From Azolla caroliniana (lineage: Eukaryota > Plantae > Polypodiophyta), in NCBI GenBank assembly GCA_043228905.1, contig JBHGNT010000004.1:13330001-13394000 (forward strand): a DNA stretch of 64,000 nucleotides. The letters are read 5' to 3'. Shown here piece after piece: positions 39,401-51,500 of this stretch. Every line of letters begins with the position of its first letter. The stretch's first letter is position 1. The translations under genes and the position numbers were made by a program. The notes beneath the pieces are model-generated. The model saw nothing but the letters and a program-made list of their open reading frames with translations, searched no databases and was not told the DNA's origin.

Positions 39401-40193
39401 AAAACCATTTCATTGTTTTTGCAGGTCAAATAAACATTTCTTCAATTGTGGCAGCAGCTTCGCTTGTAGCTAGAACCCTGCACATTTTAGTCACAGGGAA
39501 TTCTACAACAGAATCTTCTTTCATATCTATCAATGAATCACTAGTTCAGCAGCTCACAGACTGCTTATTGAATTGTGATCCTGGAATGACATGCAGTTTA
39601 GTGAGAAGCTTCATCACCCCTACACAAAAATGCCCTAATCATTATGTTGGTGTTTTCCTCGGAAACCCATTGGAGCAGGAGGCTCTTGAAAACATCGATG
39701 ATACTGCTAGATTTGTTTGGAATTATCTTGCCTACCACACTGCTTCATCTGTCAATGCTACAGCAGTCTCAGAGTGTTCAACTAGTTGTGAAGATGCTAA
39801 CAATGTTTGCGTTGGATCAACTGTGGAACATAAAGGAATATGTGTTCTGTCTACAACAAGGTATAACCTGCCACAGCCCAAGTTGTTTAGCTTCGTAACT
39901 TTATATGAATTTATTCTTCTTTTTGCAGGTATGTGCCAGCATACTCAACACGGTTGCAATATGGAATATCTGGTTGGCAAGTTATTGCACCAAAATCTGG
40001 TGATAAAATGGGAGAAGTGGACCCTGTCTTTACAGAGAGTTACTGGAAAGTGCTGGGTGTAAGAGTATATACAAAAGAAAGTTCCATATTTGATGGGGTG
40101 GTTCTGTTCTTGGGCATGTTAGTTACAGTTATGTCGTTCTTTATAATTTTGGGCTCCAAAGCTGCCTTCAGGAAAAGACTTAAGCATGCATAA
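20905..40193 (+). CDS. NCT: Nicastrin (gamma-secretase subunit), multi-exon gene
   Basis: Exon 1 (20905-21001, signal-peptide-like MRPFSDPPPPPPPLLLWFSLL...) is phase-compatible with exon 2 (33101-33217, SLQSVPELEAAMYKSVDGTACVRLLTLSGEIGC). Further exons at 33301-33418, ~33514-35012 and 38671-39860 (VFTGESWGYLGSRRF, NPGVPPSS), and 39929-40193 (YVPAYSTRL...DPVFTESYW, TM helix, stop). The exon 1 assignment is inferred. Confidence 0.92.
21770..22560 (+). mobile_element. Highly decayed LINE RT remnant
   Basis: CLIDFNKAFDTMPH at ~21890-21930, with weaker RT remnants further on. Confidence 0.5.
23180..23450 (+). mobile_element. Old copia gag fragment (continues at ~32250-32725)
   Basis: LNKK.IT...WEKLRTTYENTTHVNQVYLMRK resembles the gag at 61400; zinc-knuckle and WIADSGA remnants at 32380-32725. 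Confidence 0.6.
23452..24320 (-). mobile_element. RTE/RTEX-like LINE copy, internally deleted
   Basis: 3' end ...AAGACGTTAATATATCT(TTCT)n on the minus strand, joined to [10 protein letters not shown]...QGCPLSPTL...YVDD. Confidence 0.88.
24321..28430 (-). mobile_element. Ty1/copia element, degenerate and deleted
   Basis: Matching LTR ends at 24321 and 28300 (TGATG.TC.A..TGCGTGCGGAAA); PBS-like sequence ~28288-28298; gag (KFDGKNFALWK), partial integrase, RT (YVDDM), RNaseH. Confidence 0.9.
28431..31672 (+). mobile_element. Rearranged RTE/RTEX-like LINE (RT to 3' end, with inverted and direct local duplications)
   Basis: RT 29233-30150 ([29 protein letters not shown]); C-terminal RICQLC...EEHYVCHC; (TTCT)n tail ~31655-31672. 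Segment 28635-29232 is an inverted copy and 28431-28634 a direct copy of its 3' parts. Confidence 0.9.
31674..32086. mobile_element. Foldback/MITE-like element with ~95-bp inverted repeats
   Basis: CCACTTTTTCCAAGATATTCCCT...TACCAAACAA pairs with TTGTTTGGTA...AGGGAGTATCTTGGAAAAAGTGG. Confidence 0.8.
32727..32875 (+). repeat. LTR-like fragment; inverted homolog at ~37437-37576
   Basis: TGTTAGATAT...AGAGTGCACATTTTGTG...CCATATGGGTC matches the reverse complement of 37437-37576. Confidence 0.65.
35575..35712. repeat. ~57-bp tandem repeat, ~2.5 copies, intronic
   Basis: CACATATTGATGATGTTG... units recur at ~35576, 35636 and 35692. Confidence 0.75.
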
Positions 40194-40909
40194 GAAGACA
40201 GAATGCACATCCTTTGTGGAAACATTATGCAAGTGGAGATGATAATATCAGATAATCAGCACCCAATGTTTTGATTGTGGTGATCAATACCCTTTATTAT
40301 AATCGGGCAATCTGTATATGATACTTTCGGACTATTACAAACTCAAGGCCCAGCATGTTGTAAAATTTATGGTCTGCTGATAGACAACTAGCTGGGAATA
40401 TTATTATGGGAATTCTTCTGAAACTCTATTTGGACAGCTCTGGTTTTTGTTATTGAATTCACCACAAATTTCCTGGTTCTCCATGCAACTCAGAATTGAG
40501 AAAAAGGATGAACTGGATTATTGTATGCTTTAACCATTACAAATAATAGTTACTAATTAAATCATTTTTGTTTCAGTTCTCATAATATAGTTGTGATTTC
40601 TCTATTGAATGTCCCAAAATTCAAGAATTTCTTACTTGGGATTGTTCAAGGCTGCCCATATTGATGTTATATAATCCTAAGCAAATTTTAAGTTTTTAAT
40701 TATCAAATTAATCCACTAGCTGAGATATATTGGTAACTAAAATTTATTATTACCCAATTAAATCAGTTGTCAAATCAGTGACAATGTATGGTTCCTGGGA
40801 AAATAGTTATTTGGTAGTGCTGGTTTGTCATGCTGGAAATTGCAGGTTTGAGCCCTATTTTCCCCATTAGCATGTCAAGTTTGTTTTCTCCAATTGGAGT
40901 TGATGATAT

Positions 40910-42450
40910 TGTTGGAAAAGAAGCCCAACCATCTCTGCCCTCTCAGTAGAGAATTTTATGTAAAATTGTCCCTCCTTACGGGGGAATCGGCTGAACAGCT
41001 GAAACGAGACACTGCACGGCTGGAAAGCCGAACCGTGCAGAACAGCCAACCTGTGACACGGCTGGTTGAAGAGCTGAAGGTAGGCTGAAAGGTATTCAGT
41101 AAAAATAGTGAGGGTAGCTATATATATATATATATATTATATATGTATATAGCAGACAAAAGTGATAAGACATACATATTAGGGAAAAGTACCAGGATAC
41201 CCCTGGAAGTTCGTCTATTTACCAGAATGCCCCTGAAAGTTCAAACTACCCCTATGTCCAAAAAAATATACTGTATAAAATAATTATACACTCAAATCTA
41301 CAAGCCCTACTTAAAGTTACGAGAATACCCTTCAAACACAAATTTCTTTTTACCACTAGATATGGCTTCGACCAAACTTACTCATCTCTCCATGGCCATT
41401 AGCTAAGGAGTGTGTAAAGAAATCGTCAGAAAACAGAAATGATTCATCAGTAGATGATTCCTACATAATCGAAAGAGGCAAATGACACCATGGATTCATG
41501 GCCCAAAAGGCAGGACCTGATTGAAAGCTGAAGCCGGATAAGAGGCAGGCAGGAAATGGAAGCTATAACTGAGAGGGGATTTAGGGTTTAGGGTTTGAAT
41601 CTAATGCAGAGCAGAGCGCTGGGGGCAGTGGAAGGACAAGAAGCAGAAGAAAGCGAAGAAGAGAAGGAAATCGGTATAATTAGTACTGCTAATCCTGCAT
41701 ATAATCAAGGAAACGCAAGAGCTACCATAGCCATGACTCTTCTTGCGAAACGCCGCCAAGCTTGAGCTTCCGCCATCGCCGATCTCCCACCATATCCACG
41801 AAGAATCAAGCGGGCTCTTCTTGTCCAGCCATAGAAGCAACCTGACAGTCTGATCGATGAACGCCAAGGGTATTCTGGTAAATAGGGTTTGTAGATTTTA
41901 GTGTATAATTACTTCATAAAGTGTATTTTTTTGGATATAGGGGTAATTTGGTAAATTTGAAACTTCTAGGGGCATTCTGGTAAATAGACAAACTTCTAGG
42001 GATATCCTAGTACTTTTCCCTATATATTATCAGTGAGAGTGCATAAGAGTGTAAAAACGTGTTGCGAGACCGTGACACATAGAATAATATATAGCGAGCT
42101 ATTACAGTAGTGGTTGTGATAGTGACATAACTTGAAAGCTAAGAGAGGAAGAACGAAGAGTGCAACAGAAAAGAAGAGTGACAAAAACAAAGAAACTTTG
42201 GAAGCTTCAAAAGGGATAGATACCTACGAGTTAGGGTTTGGTGTGCTCCGCTGAAACCGTGGTTTCAGAGTACACTCAGACGAGATCAGGTTCTAGCATT
42301 CCGTGATTGAAATTTTTTCTTACCTCATAGTGGAAATTTCTATTCTCGTGGTTTTTCCTTGAAATCAAGGTCTTCCACTAAAATCGTGTGCTACTCGTTT
42401 TATTTCTGTGTGTGTCTAAGTTTACTTGTAACTTCCGTCTAAGTGAAATC
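40910..42450 (+). mobile_element. Probable solo LTR interrupted by a MULE
   Basis: Begins TGTTGG; TATA-like tract; GTGGTTTTTCC...TTCCAC block similar to other LTRs here. The 3' end and TSD are not resolved. Confidence 0.45.
41182..42020. mobile_element. Non-autonomous Mutator-like element (MULE)
   Basis: ~150-bp terminal inverted repeats (TIRs) GGGAAAAGTAC...AATACCCTT; 9-bp TSD TACATATTA (41173-41181) / TATATATTA (42021-42029). Confidence 0.88.
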
Positions 42451-42737
42451 ATATTAGAGAATATAGCAGAAAAAAACTAACCTTGTTAGTCTCTATCCTT
42501 ATTACACAGGTTATGCCTTTTCTCTTTTAGCGTAGTATTTAAACATTAACATTATTTTAGGTCATTTAGAGCCCATTCTAATTTGCTCATACTTCACCCC
42601 TCCGTGCTAGCTTGTTTGTTGTTGGGCAAATCTTATTATTATCCAATTGGTCAATTCATAATGCTATGAATATATATATGGAGTTATGGTCAATATATAT
42701 TGGTAAACAAGTGTATCCCTTTAATCAAACGTCAAAG

Positions 42738-44550
42738 TATTAAAAAATGAGAAAAACACCCTTATTCTCAAGAATATAGATATATGTCACAACAAGAGAG
42801 AGGAAACCTAGAGATCACTTTTTACATGACAAGGTTCCTCTTAAAGGCCAAGATCTGGCCGTTGGGATAACTAGCCGCTTGGCTATAACTTTAATCATTC
42901 TCAACACTCCCCCTCAAGATGGGCGAAAGATATCCACGAAACCCATCTTGTCACATAATCTAGAAAGACTTACTGCCCAAGTCCCTTCAAAAGACAATCT
43001 ACTACTTAATCTTCAGTAGAAACATGACTCAATTTAATATTCCACTATCAAGCTTCTCCTTGATAAAGAATCTGTCGATTTCAATGTGCTTGGCCCTATC
43101 ATGTTGTACCGGATTGTTGGCAATGTTGATTGTCACATCACAGCTTCATTTGATTTTCTTCATTCATGTTTGGTTCTACTAGGAACATTCTTAGCTACAA
43201 CATCTCTACTAGTCTTACATCAATAGCTATATATTCTGCTTCTACTATTGACCTTGCTACTACCGACTATTTCTTACTCTTCCAAGAGACCAAATTGCCC
43301 CCAACATACATGCAGTATCCTGATGTGGATTTCCTATCATCAACACAACTAGCCCAATCAGAATCACAATAGCTCTCAATGTTAAAATGACCATGTGTTC
43401 TAAAGATCAATCCCTTCCTTGGGGTACCTTTGAGATATCTCAGAATCTGGTACACTACATCCATATGATCTTTCCTCGGATCATGCATGTAACGACTTAC
43501 CACACTTACTGCAAATGAAATATCTGGATAAGTGTGAGTGAAATAAATCAGCTGACCTACCAATCTTTGACACCTTTCACGATCAACTTTCTCTTCTGCA
43601 AGTTCAGTTATCTTAATCTTTGGGTCAATTGGAGAAGCTACAGGCCTACAATCGAACATTCTAGTTTCTGTGAGAAGATCTAATACATATTTTTGCTGAG
43701 ATAGAACAACTCCTTTTGCCCCACGAGCTACCTCAATTCCAAGAAAGTATCGTAGCAACCCTAGATCCTTCACCTCAAACTCTTTACCTAGTTGCACCTT
43801 CAGTTGGGCATGTCTCCTTCATTATTACCCGTGATAATTATATCATTCACATGCACAACAAGTAATGTAGTATGCTCTATTTGTTGTCGGAAAAACATAG
43901 TATGGTTCGCATTGATCTACTATTATCCCATACCCACCATAGCCTTTCTTAACCTATCAAACCAAGCTCGAGGGGGATTGCTTCAGTCCATAAAGCGACG
44001 TCCTTAGTTTGCATACCTGGGGAGAGATGATGGAGGAAGTGTACATGGATAACCCCCCAGGTTTTGGTACAATTATAACAGTCCATTATGCCATGTGCCA
44101 GTCCCAAGTCTCCTGGCGCTCCAATCTCAGCCTGCTTCATGTATTTCACCAATGTTTTTAGCTAATCCTCGTTCAATTTTGACAACACCTCATCCATCTT
44201 CTCAACCTAGACTATCTCTTCTCTCATCTTTTGACTTCCTATCTGAAGTCACCTCTCATTCACATAGCACTGTCATCCTAGAAGGAGAAGCCTCCCTTTC
44301 GTCTCTTGGATGTTAGGACAATGTTGTTCCGTTCACTGTTACACCAACAGACGGGCGGATCTAGGGTTTGGCAAGAGGGGAAGATCTAGGCTTTGATACC
44401 ATATTGAAAAATAAGAACACCTATATTCACAACAAGAAAGAGGAAACACAGGGATCACTCTTTACATGAGGAGAAGGTTCCTCTTAAAGGCCAAGATCTG
44501 GCCATTGGGGTTGGCTAGCTATTTGGCTATAACTTTGATCATTCTCAACA
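42738..44550 (-). mobile_element. Internally deleted copia with short LTRs
   Basis: LTRs 42738-42906 and 44402-44550; PBS (rc TGGTATCAAAG) 44391-44401; PPT ~42907-42917; TSD CAAAG/CGAAG; only RT-RNaseH remains (FEVKDLG, YCDSDWA). Confidence 0.9.
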
Positions 44551-45174
44551 CGAAGTGTATCCAGTTAATCAAATGTCAAAACAGACATGTTGGTAGGTGA
44601 AGTTTATTGCTATTTGATCAATTCTCAAAGTAGTGAATATATATGGAGTTATAGTCGAGAAATGTTGGTAAACAAATGTTATCTAGTTAATCAAATGTCA
44701 GAACAAACATGTTGGTTGGCGAATTTTATTGATATTTATTGTTATTGAATGGTGAGGATGTGGCTAGAGCTCATAGTTAAACTAGGAGCCAATGCATGAT
44801 TATTTTGCACCCACTGGGCAAATATAGGTTGTAGTTGAATAGCAATATCTGAAAACATATCTAGGGGCCACCCCAAAGCTCTCATGGTACTTCGATTGAC
44901 CTTGGAAAAGGATATCGCCCAAAATGGACTACCCTCTGTTACTTCTTTTGTTACACTATTATTAATTTCCTGATTACGAGATGAGCTACTTCACACCACA
45001 AAATATGAATGCATTCCCATAAAATCCACGAACAGCTTAAGCAATTTCACATCTTCTATAACATAGTTTAGTTTCTAAACAAAATTCCACTTATATGATG
45101 GAAGGGAAGATTACACATTTTACTAGGGATCCAAAATCCCATCTATATAAAAGGATACACTACATTTTACTATA

Positions 45175-45348
45175 GATATTGTTGTTCCTGTAGTTTACAA
45201 AGCTAAACCTAGGTTGATGTTGAAGAATATAAGGTACCATTGTTCCTGTAGTTTACAAAGCTAAACACAGGTTGATGCTGAGGAATATAAGATACTGTTG
45301 TTCCTGTAGTTTAAAAAGCTAAACACAGGTTGATGCTGAAGAATATAT
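45175..45348. repeat. ~57-60 bp tandem repeat, 3 copies, downstream of the villin stop
   Basis: TGTTCCTGTAGTTTACAAAGCTAAAC..AGGTTGATG.TGA.GAATATA repeated three times. Confidence 0.9.
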
Positions 45349-45584
45349 CATCTCATTGAGAGGAGAGAGCGAAGAAGTGACCTTCTTGTAGCTACATTAA
45401 CAAAGCTTCTCCAATAAACCTAACCTTCAATCAATATCCTATATCATTTCACAAACAGGTCCAAATGCCTGTGCTCAACATTATCCTTTTAAATCTATGA
45501 GCTCCTGTAACTACCAAAACCGTTACCTCCAAGAGATGCAAACTCATAGAAAACGAACATGAAAATGGGTGGGATGAAAGAACT

Positions 45585-48500
45585 TCAAAACAGATCACGA
45601 GCCCTCTTCTGCATATCTTGCTTCCATTTTGGCAACTCATAGAACTCGGTGGAATCCATTCCAAATACCTTCCTGAAATCTTCTGGGGAGAGATAGGACT
45701 GAACATATATATAAGAAGAAAACTCTAAATTAGATTTACTTTCATTGCTACAAAATGCTATCTAGTAACCTACCATTGACTCTATAAATTATATTATGTT
45801 CTTGCTAGCAAACGCTATTAAGAAATCATGCATTAACTCTAATATTTATTTACCTCTCTCCGCGTTGGATCAATTCCTGGAGCAGGATCATTAGATCTGG
45901 CTTTTAATTTTTCATAGCTCAAGAATCCAGAAGGCTCTGTCATGCTGTGTCCATTCTGCTTCTCTTGAAAACTTTCAAGATTATTCTTTGTTGAATTATC
46001 TTCAGTCTTTGCATAACTTTCTGCTTCAGATACTATGGATTCTATATTACAATCTTGAAAACTTTCAAGATTATTCTTTGTTGAATTATCTTCAGTCTTT
46101 GCATAACTTTCTGCTTCAGATACTATGGATTCAATATTACAAAGAAATCATTAACCTAATAAGAAACTGCAAATATTTTTCTTAGGAGAAATACCAAAAT
46201 TGTATTTACTAAAAAGTTACCATTATACCCCTATTTTAGTCACAATTTACTCTACAGTTCAGAGTATTCTGTCCAAAAATTGATCATTTGGGTCACCATT
46301 CTCAAAAGTTTGTTAATATATTACCTCCAAAACTCCGTTCTTTTAATTGGTCTTTCCTTATAGGACTGTCCAGAATATCCATGGATGGGAGTCTCACTCT
46401 GATTGGTTTAATGGAAGGTTTTGACGCATCTGTGATGCTAGTAGTGTTAATGGAAGACGATAATTTTGCAAGTGCTGCTGCCCATTGTGTGCCCCCACTC
46501 GAGTCTAGACTTCTTCTCCTTGAGGGAGGAGGGGTCATCTTTGCAAGAGATCCAGTAGGTTGTGCCTGATGAAAATTTAACACATGTAAACTGTTTACCT
46601 GCCCCCAAAGCTTAAATCTCCGCGGTTTCACTATGAAATATGTAACTCATGAGGGAAACTTTTTAAAAGGTTATCTATTTATTTAATATACATAAAAAGA
46701 TATCATATACAGGAGTATGGGTATGTTTAATTCATGGAAAATTTCGAGAAAGAGGGTTTTTTAATAAGCGATTGAATGCATGTTATATACAGGGTTTACA
46801 TATAGTGAACCTATGAGGCATAAAGTTGATCCCTCCTGTGAGGTTTTAATTAATGATCTCACCTCTACTTTCTCCGAACATTGACCAAATAGAATAGAGA
46901 GTTTTTTCTGAAAAGAGTCCCCTTGTGCCTGTGACATGCCAAAGCTATTTACTATGAGAAAAAATTATTGTCAACTTATATTGCAACAAAATTATAAGTC
47001 AACTCAAGTCAATCTCATCAATGCAATTAGACTTCAAGATTTTAATAGGACAGCATTCTTACAAGATAACTTTTTACTCAGGCACTTACTTCTGCTTTGA
47101 CTGGATCCCAACTATTAAAATTTTTCCTGAAAATGAAAGCTTCGTTCCCCTCTGTGACTTTATACACTGGCACAGTTGTGGAGATACCTTCAAGTGCTGC
47201 AGCTTGGTCCAAGTATTTCTGCAATTTTTTATTTGCTTAAGACACTAACAACCACAAGTATCCTGAATTGAATATTTAAAACAAGAGGTACACACGTGAG
47301 CAATGTCAAAAGCGTGTTCTTTCTCTTTAGTATCTGCATTTTGACCAACCCATATAAAAATCTCTGTGTATGTATCAAGCACCAGTATTTCCTCACTAAG
47401 AAGATCATCTTGTCCAAAATTGTGTATCTCTGTCACCTAGACATTTCACCACTGGTTCTTAATCCTAGTTTTCCTGAATAAGCAACAAAACAATAGTGTT
47501 GTTGACATAGCACTCTTACCTCTAGCTTCCCTGTACTTGTGAATCGTAAATTTGACCATGGAACACACAAGTACTCTCATCAAATTCCATTTTTATATAT
47601 TTAGTAATAATTTAAATTGTACAATGAAAAATAGATGTCTATGTTTTTTGTTCTTATTAAAGAGGATTGATGTTCAAGAGGATGACATACCATTAACTAG
47701 TGAGCAAGTAAACAAACGAGGATCTTTGGCAATATCCTTGGGTTCTCGATAATTTGGATAAGGCTTCTTTCCACCAAGAGGGCTCCAGAATGTAGCTGGT
47801 TCAGAGCCTTCTTTCAATATTTTAGCAGTAGTACGAGACTGAATTATTTGAAAGAAAAAATAGTAAAAATAGTAAGTTGTGTGTTCTCCTAACGACGTTC
47901 TTTCAACACTCCTGATTGCACATCATTTCGAAGGAATATTGGAAGAACCACAATGCTTAAATATGTACCGTTAGATTTTCAGCCATAGTTACTGTTACTT
48001 GTTGCTCTTCAGGAGTGGTTGAATTCCCATTCCATACAAAAATTGCAGCATTATCTTTCAATATGAAACAATAAGATGAATTCAAGTTTCCAGCATCCTA
48101 GCACAGATCAATTCACATGTAAGAAAAGAAGAAAGAAAAGCATATGATCGCTTTTTAATAAGCCAAAATGACCTATGAGAATGAACAAGACATTACATCT
48201 GAAAAAGTTGTCTCGTCTTGAGAAACAAATAAAACTAGATTAGTAAAACTGTCAAAGGTATTTACTTTATGTAAGCATGTAATGTTGTGCGCTTAGATGC
48301 ACTGGAACTTCACATTCCAAAGATTTTCAACATAGGCTGATCCAAGGTGGAGCGATCTCCAAAGTTGACAAGGTCCAGATGGATAATAAATTGTTATTGT
48401 CCAATTTATAAGGACCGCTTTCAAATGTTATCGTCAAGACCATAACTGCGTACCTCTAGTTTGACCAATAGTGAAGGTGACGGGCTGCTAGATAAGGTTT

Positions 48501-51500
48501 TGGTGACTCTTTGCTAATGAGATTGTGTCATTAAATAACATCTAGCATGGTTATCCCCAAGCATTATCAGTCTCCGTATTTCAATGCCTTGTAGAGCAGG
48601 CCAATGCCTTATTCAAGAGAAAACTGCACAAAGGAAAACATATTGTTCATCTGATTCAAAACCCAATGGCAGAATTAGCAGATTTGTTCCTACATAGCTG
48701 TGCATAACTGATGTGTAGTAGTGATCATGAGCTTCCCATTACACTACAAAGGCAATTGAGAGAGGTGTTGTTGAGAATCAAGTTCAACTCATGTGAAGAT
48801 GTGATTATGGAGAGAAGTACAATGTGCAGAAAAGTGCGTGAGCACAATTTATTGTAATCCGTGTAATAGTTACAGGAAGAACTAGATTGTCATATGTAGT
48901 TATTTGTCAAGTGTAAATGTGGTCAAAGAATATTAGATATTCTTATGACAGAATTGTACTCGAGTGGATGTCAATGAGTAGACTCCCCACCACATTTAAT
49001 GTGGCAGCCCCTTGAGGACTTGTATATAAAACCCATTTGGCCCCTACACTCTAAACCCCGAAACCCCACTATGGGGGACATAATACTATAATGTGACTTT
49101 AATGCACAAACTATGCATGAAGAAACAACTATGTTTAACACCAACCAGGCTGTTTATGAATAAGTTATGGCAGAAGAGGTTAATCTAAAGTGACAAGCTC
49201 AAGATATGAGTGCTATAACTGAATGTGGCAAACACTTTCTAGCCTTGGGATGTGAGCATGTTGTGATATACAATGGATTGTCACAATGGCCTGGATTAGA
49301 TGCTTTGACATGTTGGAACCCAAAAGTAGGAGCAATCACAGTCGATTATCTAATGGGATCTCTGTCTCTTATACTTGAAATAAAAGACCTATCGGCTTGG
49401 CAGCGGATCATGCATATCTACGCATTGAGGAAAGGGATGGATGCACAAGGGATGTATATGCTAAGGAGGGAGGGTTGGTTCTGTGCAGCGGAAATAGTAT
49501 GTGTGTGTATAAGAGAGGAGAAAGAAGAAAGAAGAAGAAAGATATATTAACGTCTTTTAAGAGGCCAAAATGGCCTATAAGACCAAATAAGAGATTACAG
49601 CTTGAGTATAGTCTCGTCTTTGAGAACAAATCAAAATAAATTAAATATTACACAGTAAATATAAAAGTAAATAAGATGAAAAGAGAAGAAACGAGGGATT
49701 CTTGTTTTTGGCACATGTGAGATTCTCAAGTTAGGTATATTGTAGCTTTTGTCTTCGAAAGATCTCTAGCAAAGGTTGATCTAGAATGGAAATGTCTCCG
49801 AAGCGAGGGAAAAACCTATGATGGCTTTTATCTGTCGATGACAAGGGTGTCGAGGTCGTGGTCCATGGGGCCGGGGCCTACGTGCACAGCAAATTGCTAT
49901 TGCCCGATCAATTGTAACCCCTTTGTTATGTCCTGCTCTGGAGCCCATTTGTGTATCCCGTGATTGACTTGTAGCATTAGGAGTGAAGGGGCTAAAGAAA
50001 GTTGTAATTGTTCTTTGTGGATGAGCTTGGGTGGTTGTATTCTTCAACAACTTTTCCCGATGTCTCTTGAGCTCTAGCAAGAAAAGTCTTAGGCATTGTT
50101 GGTCCTCATATTCCATTACCTTGCGTAGTGGGCCAAAGCCTTGTTTAAAGAGGCAATGATATCTCCCTCTAATTTCATAAAAGACAGTACAATGACAAAC
50201 ATAGTGTTCTTCAGATTCCACTCCTTGATGACACAATTGGCAAATTCTCTCTTCAAGAGGTAGTCGTGTATATCTGCCTACCTCAATCTGTAGCTGATGT
50301 GATGAAGTTTGCGACTGCCCTATCACACTATGCAGCGCATAGGATAGATGTATGTCCATATAAGGTGCCCTGGTGACAAATCCATCCTCCAATGTATGTA
50401 AGAAGTGCATCTTATAGTGGGCCATCTTTGTACCAAGTGGTATTTTGGGGCTGATCCATGTTATCTTGTTTTCCAAGTTAATAATATCAGTTTAAATCAC
50501 TCTATTCATTTCCACTTTGGTCACATTTAGGTGGGGACAGTCCATGACATGTGACTCGAACCATGTGACATGTGACTCGAACCATTGTTGCATTTCAGCA
50601 TACCAACAATGAGTGTCTCCATTTTCAGCCAGTTGTCTGGATGACATAAGTGCCAACCTTGGGTACCTTCGTTTAGGGAGCTCCCAAAGAAGTTGGATAA
50701 GACGTTGGAGAGAGAGAGAGAGAGGGATAAGTCGGGTATATAAAAAACTAGAAAATTGTATTAACCAAAATGACCAACCAACAGTTACAAAGAAGAGAAG
50801 GTGCTTATATAGTCACCTTCTCTCTATACTCTCTTACTATAACCACCGTTTCCTGTGCTCGTTCTACTCCGTCGGACTCCGTGTCAAGCCACGGCTCCTT
50901 ACTCCCCCTCAAGCTCGGCTGGTTGGCGGTCGAGAGTCAGAGGTTCGTCATGAACTGTCGTAGCTTGTCAGCTCCCAAGGCCTTCATGAAGCTGTCAGCC
51001 GTCTACAGGTTTGTGTTGATGTGTTGCAAGTCTACATCGTCACCCACAACACATTCTCGGTTGAAATGATAGTGCACCTCGATGTGCTTAGTCCTAGTGT
51101 GGAAAACAGGGTTGTGAGCCAGGTGGATATTGCTCATGTTGTTGCCATATAGGAGGATTGGATCTTTGATGGAGACGTTCAGATCCATAAGAATCCTCTT
51201 GAGCCATACAACTTCACACGCGGCCACGGCTGTGCCCTTGTATTCAGCTTCTATGCTCAACAGTGCAACTGTCGACTGCTTGTTGCTGCTCCATTATCCA
51301 GTTGTACCCGACAAGCACCATCTTTACAACTCCCACTGCATAGGCAATATCAGATCTAGTAGCAACCATAATACATAAGTGAACCACAAGCTGAAGCATA
51401 AGGTACACCTTGCATGTCATTGATTGCTTCTTGTGTCTTTGGATAATCTTCCTTAGAGATTTTATCATATGGCTGTAATGGCACTCCAAGAGGCATTGCG

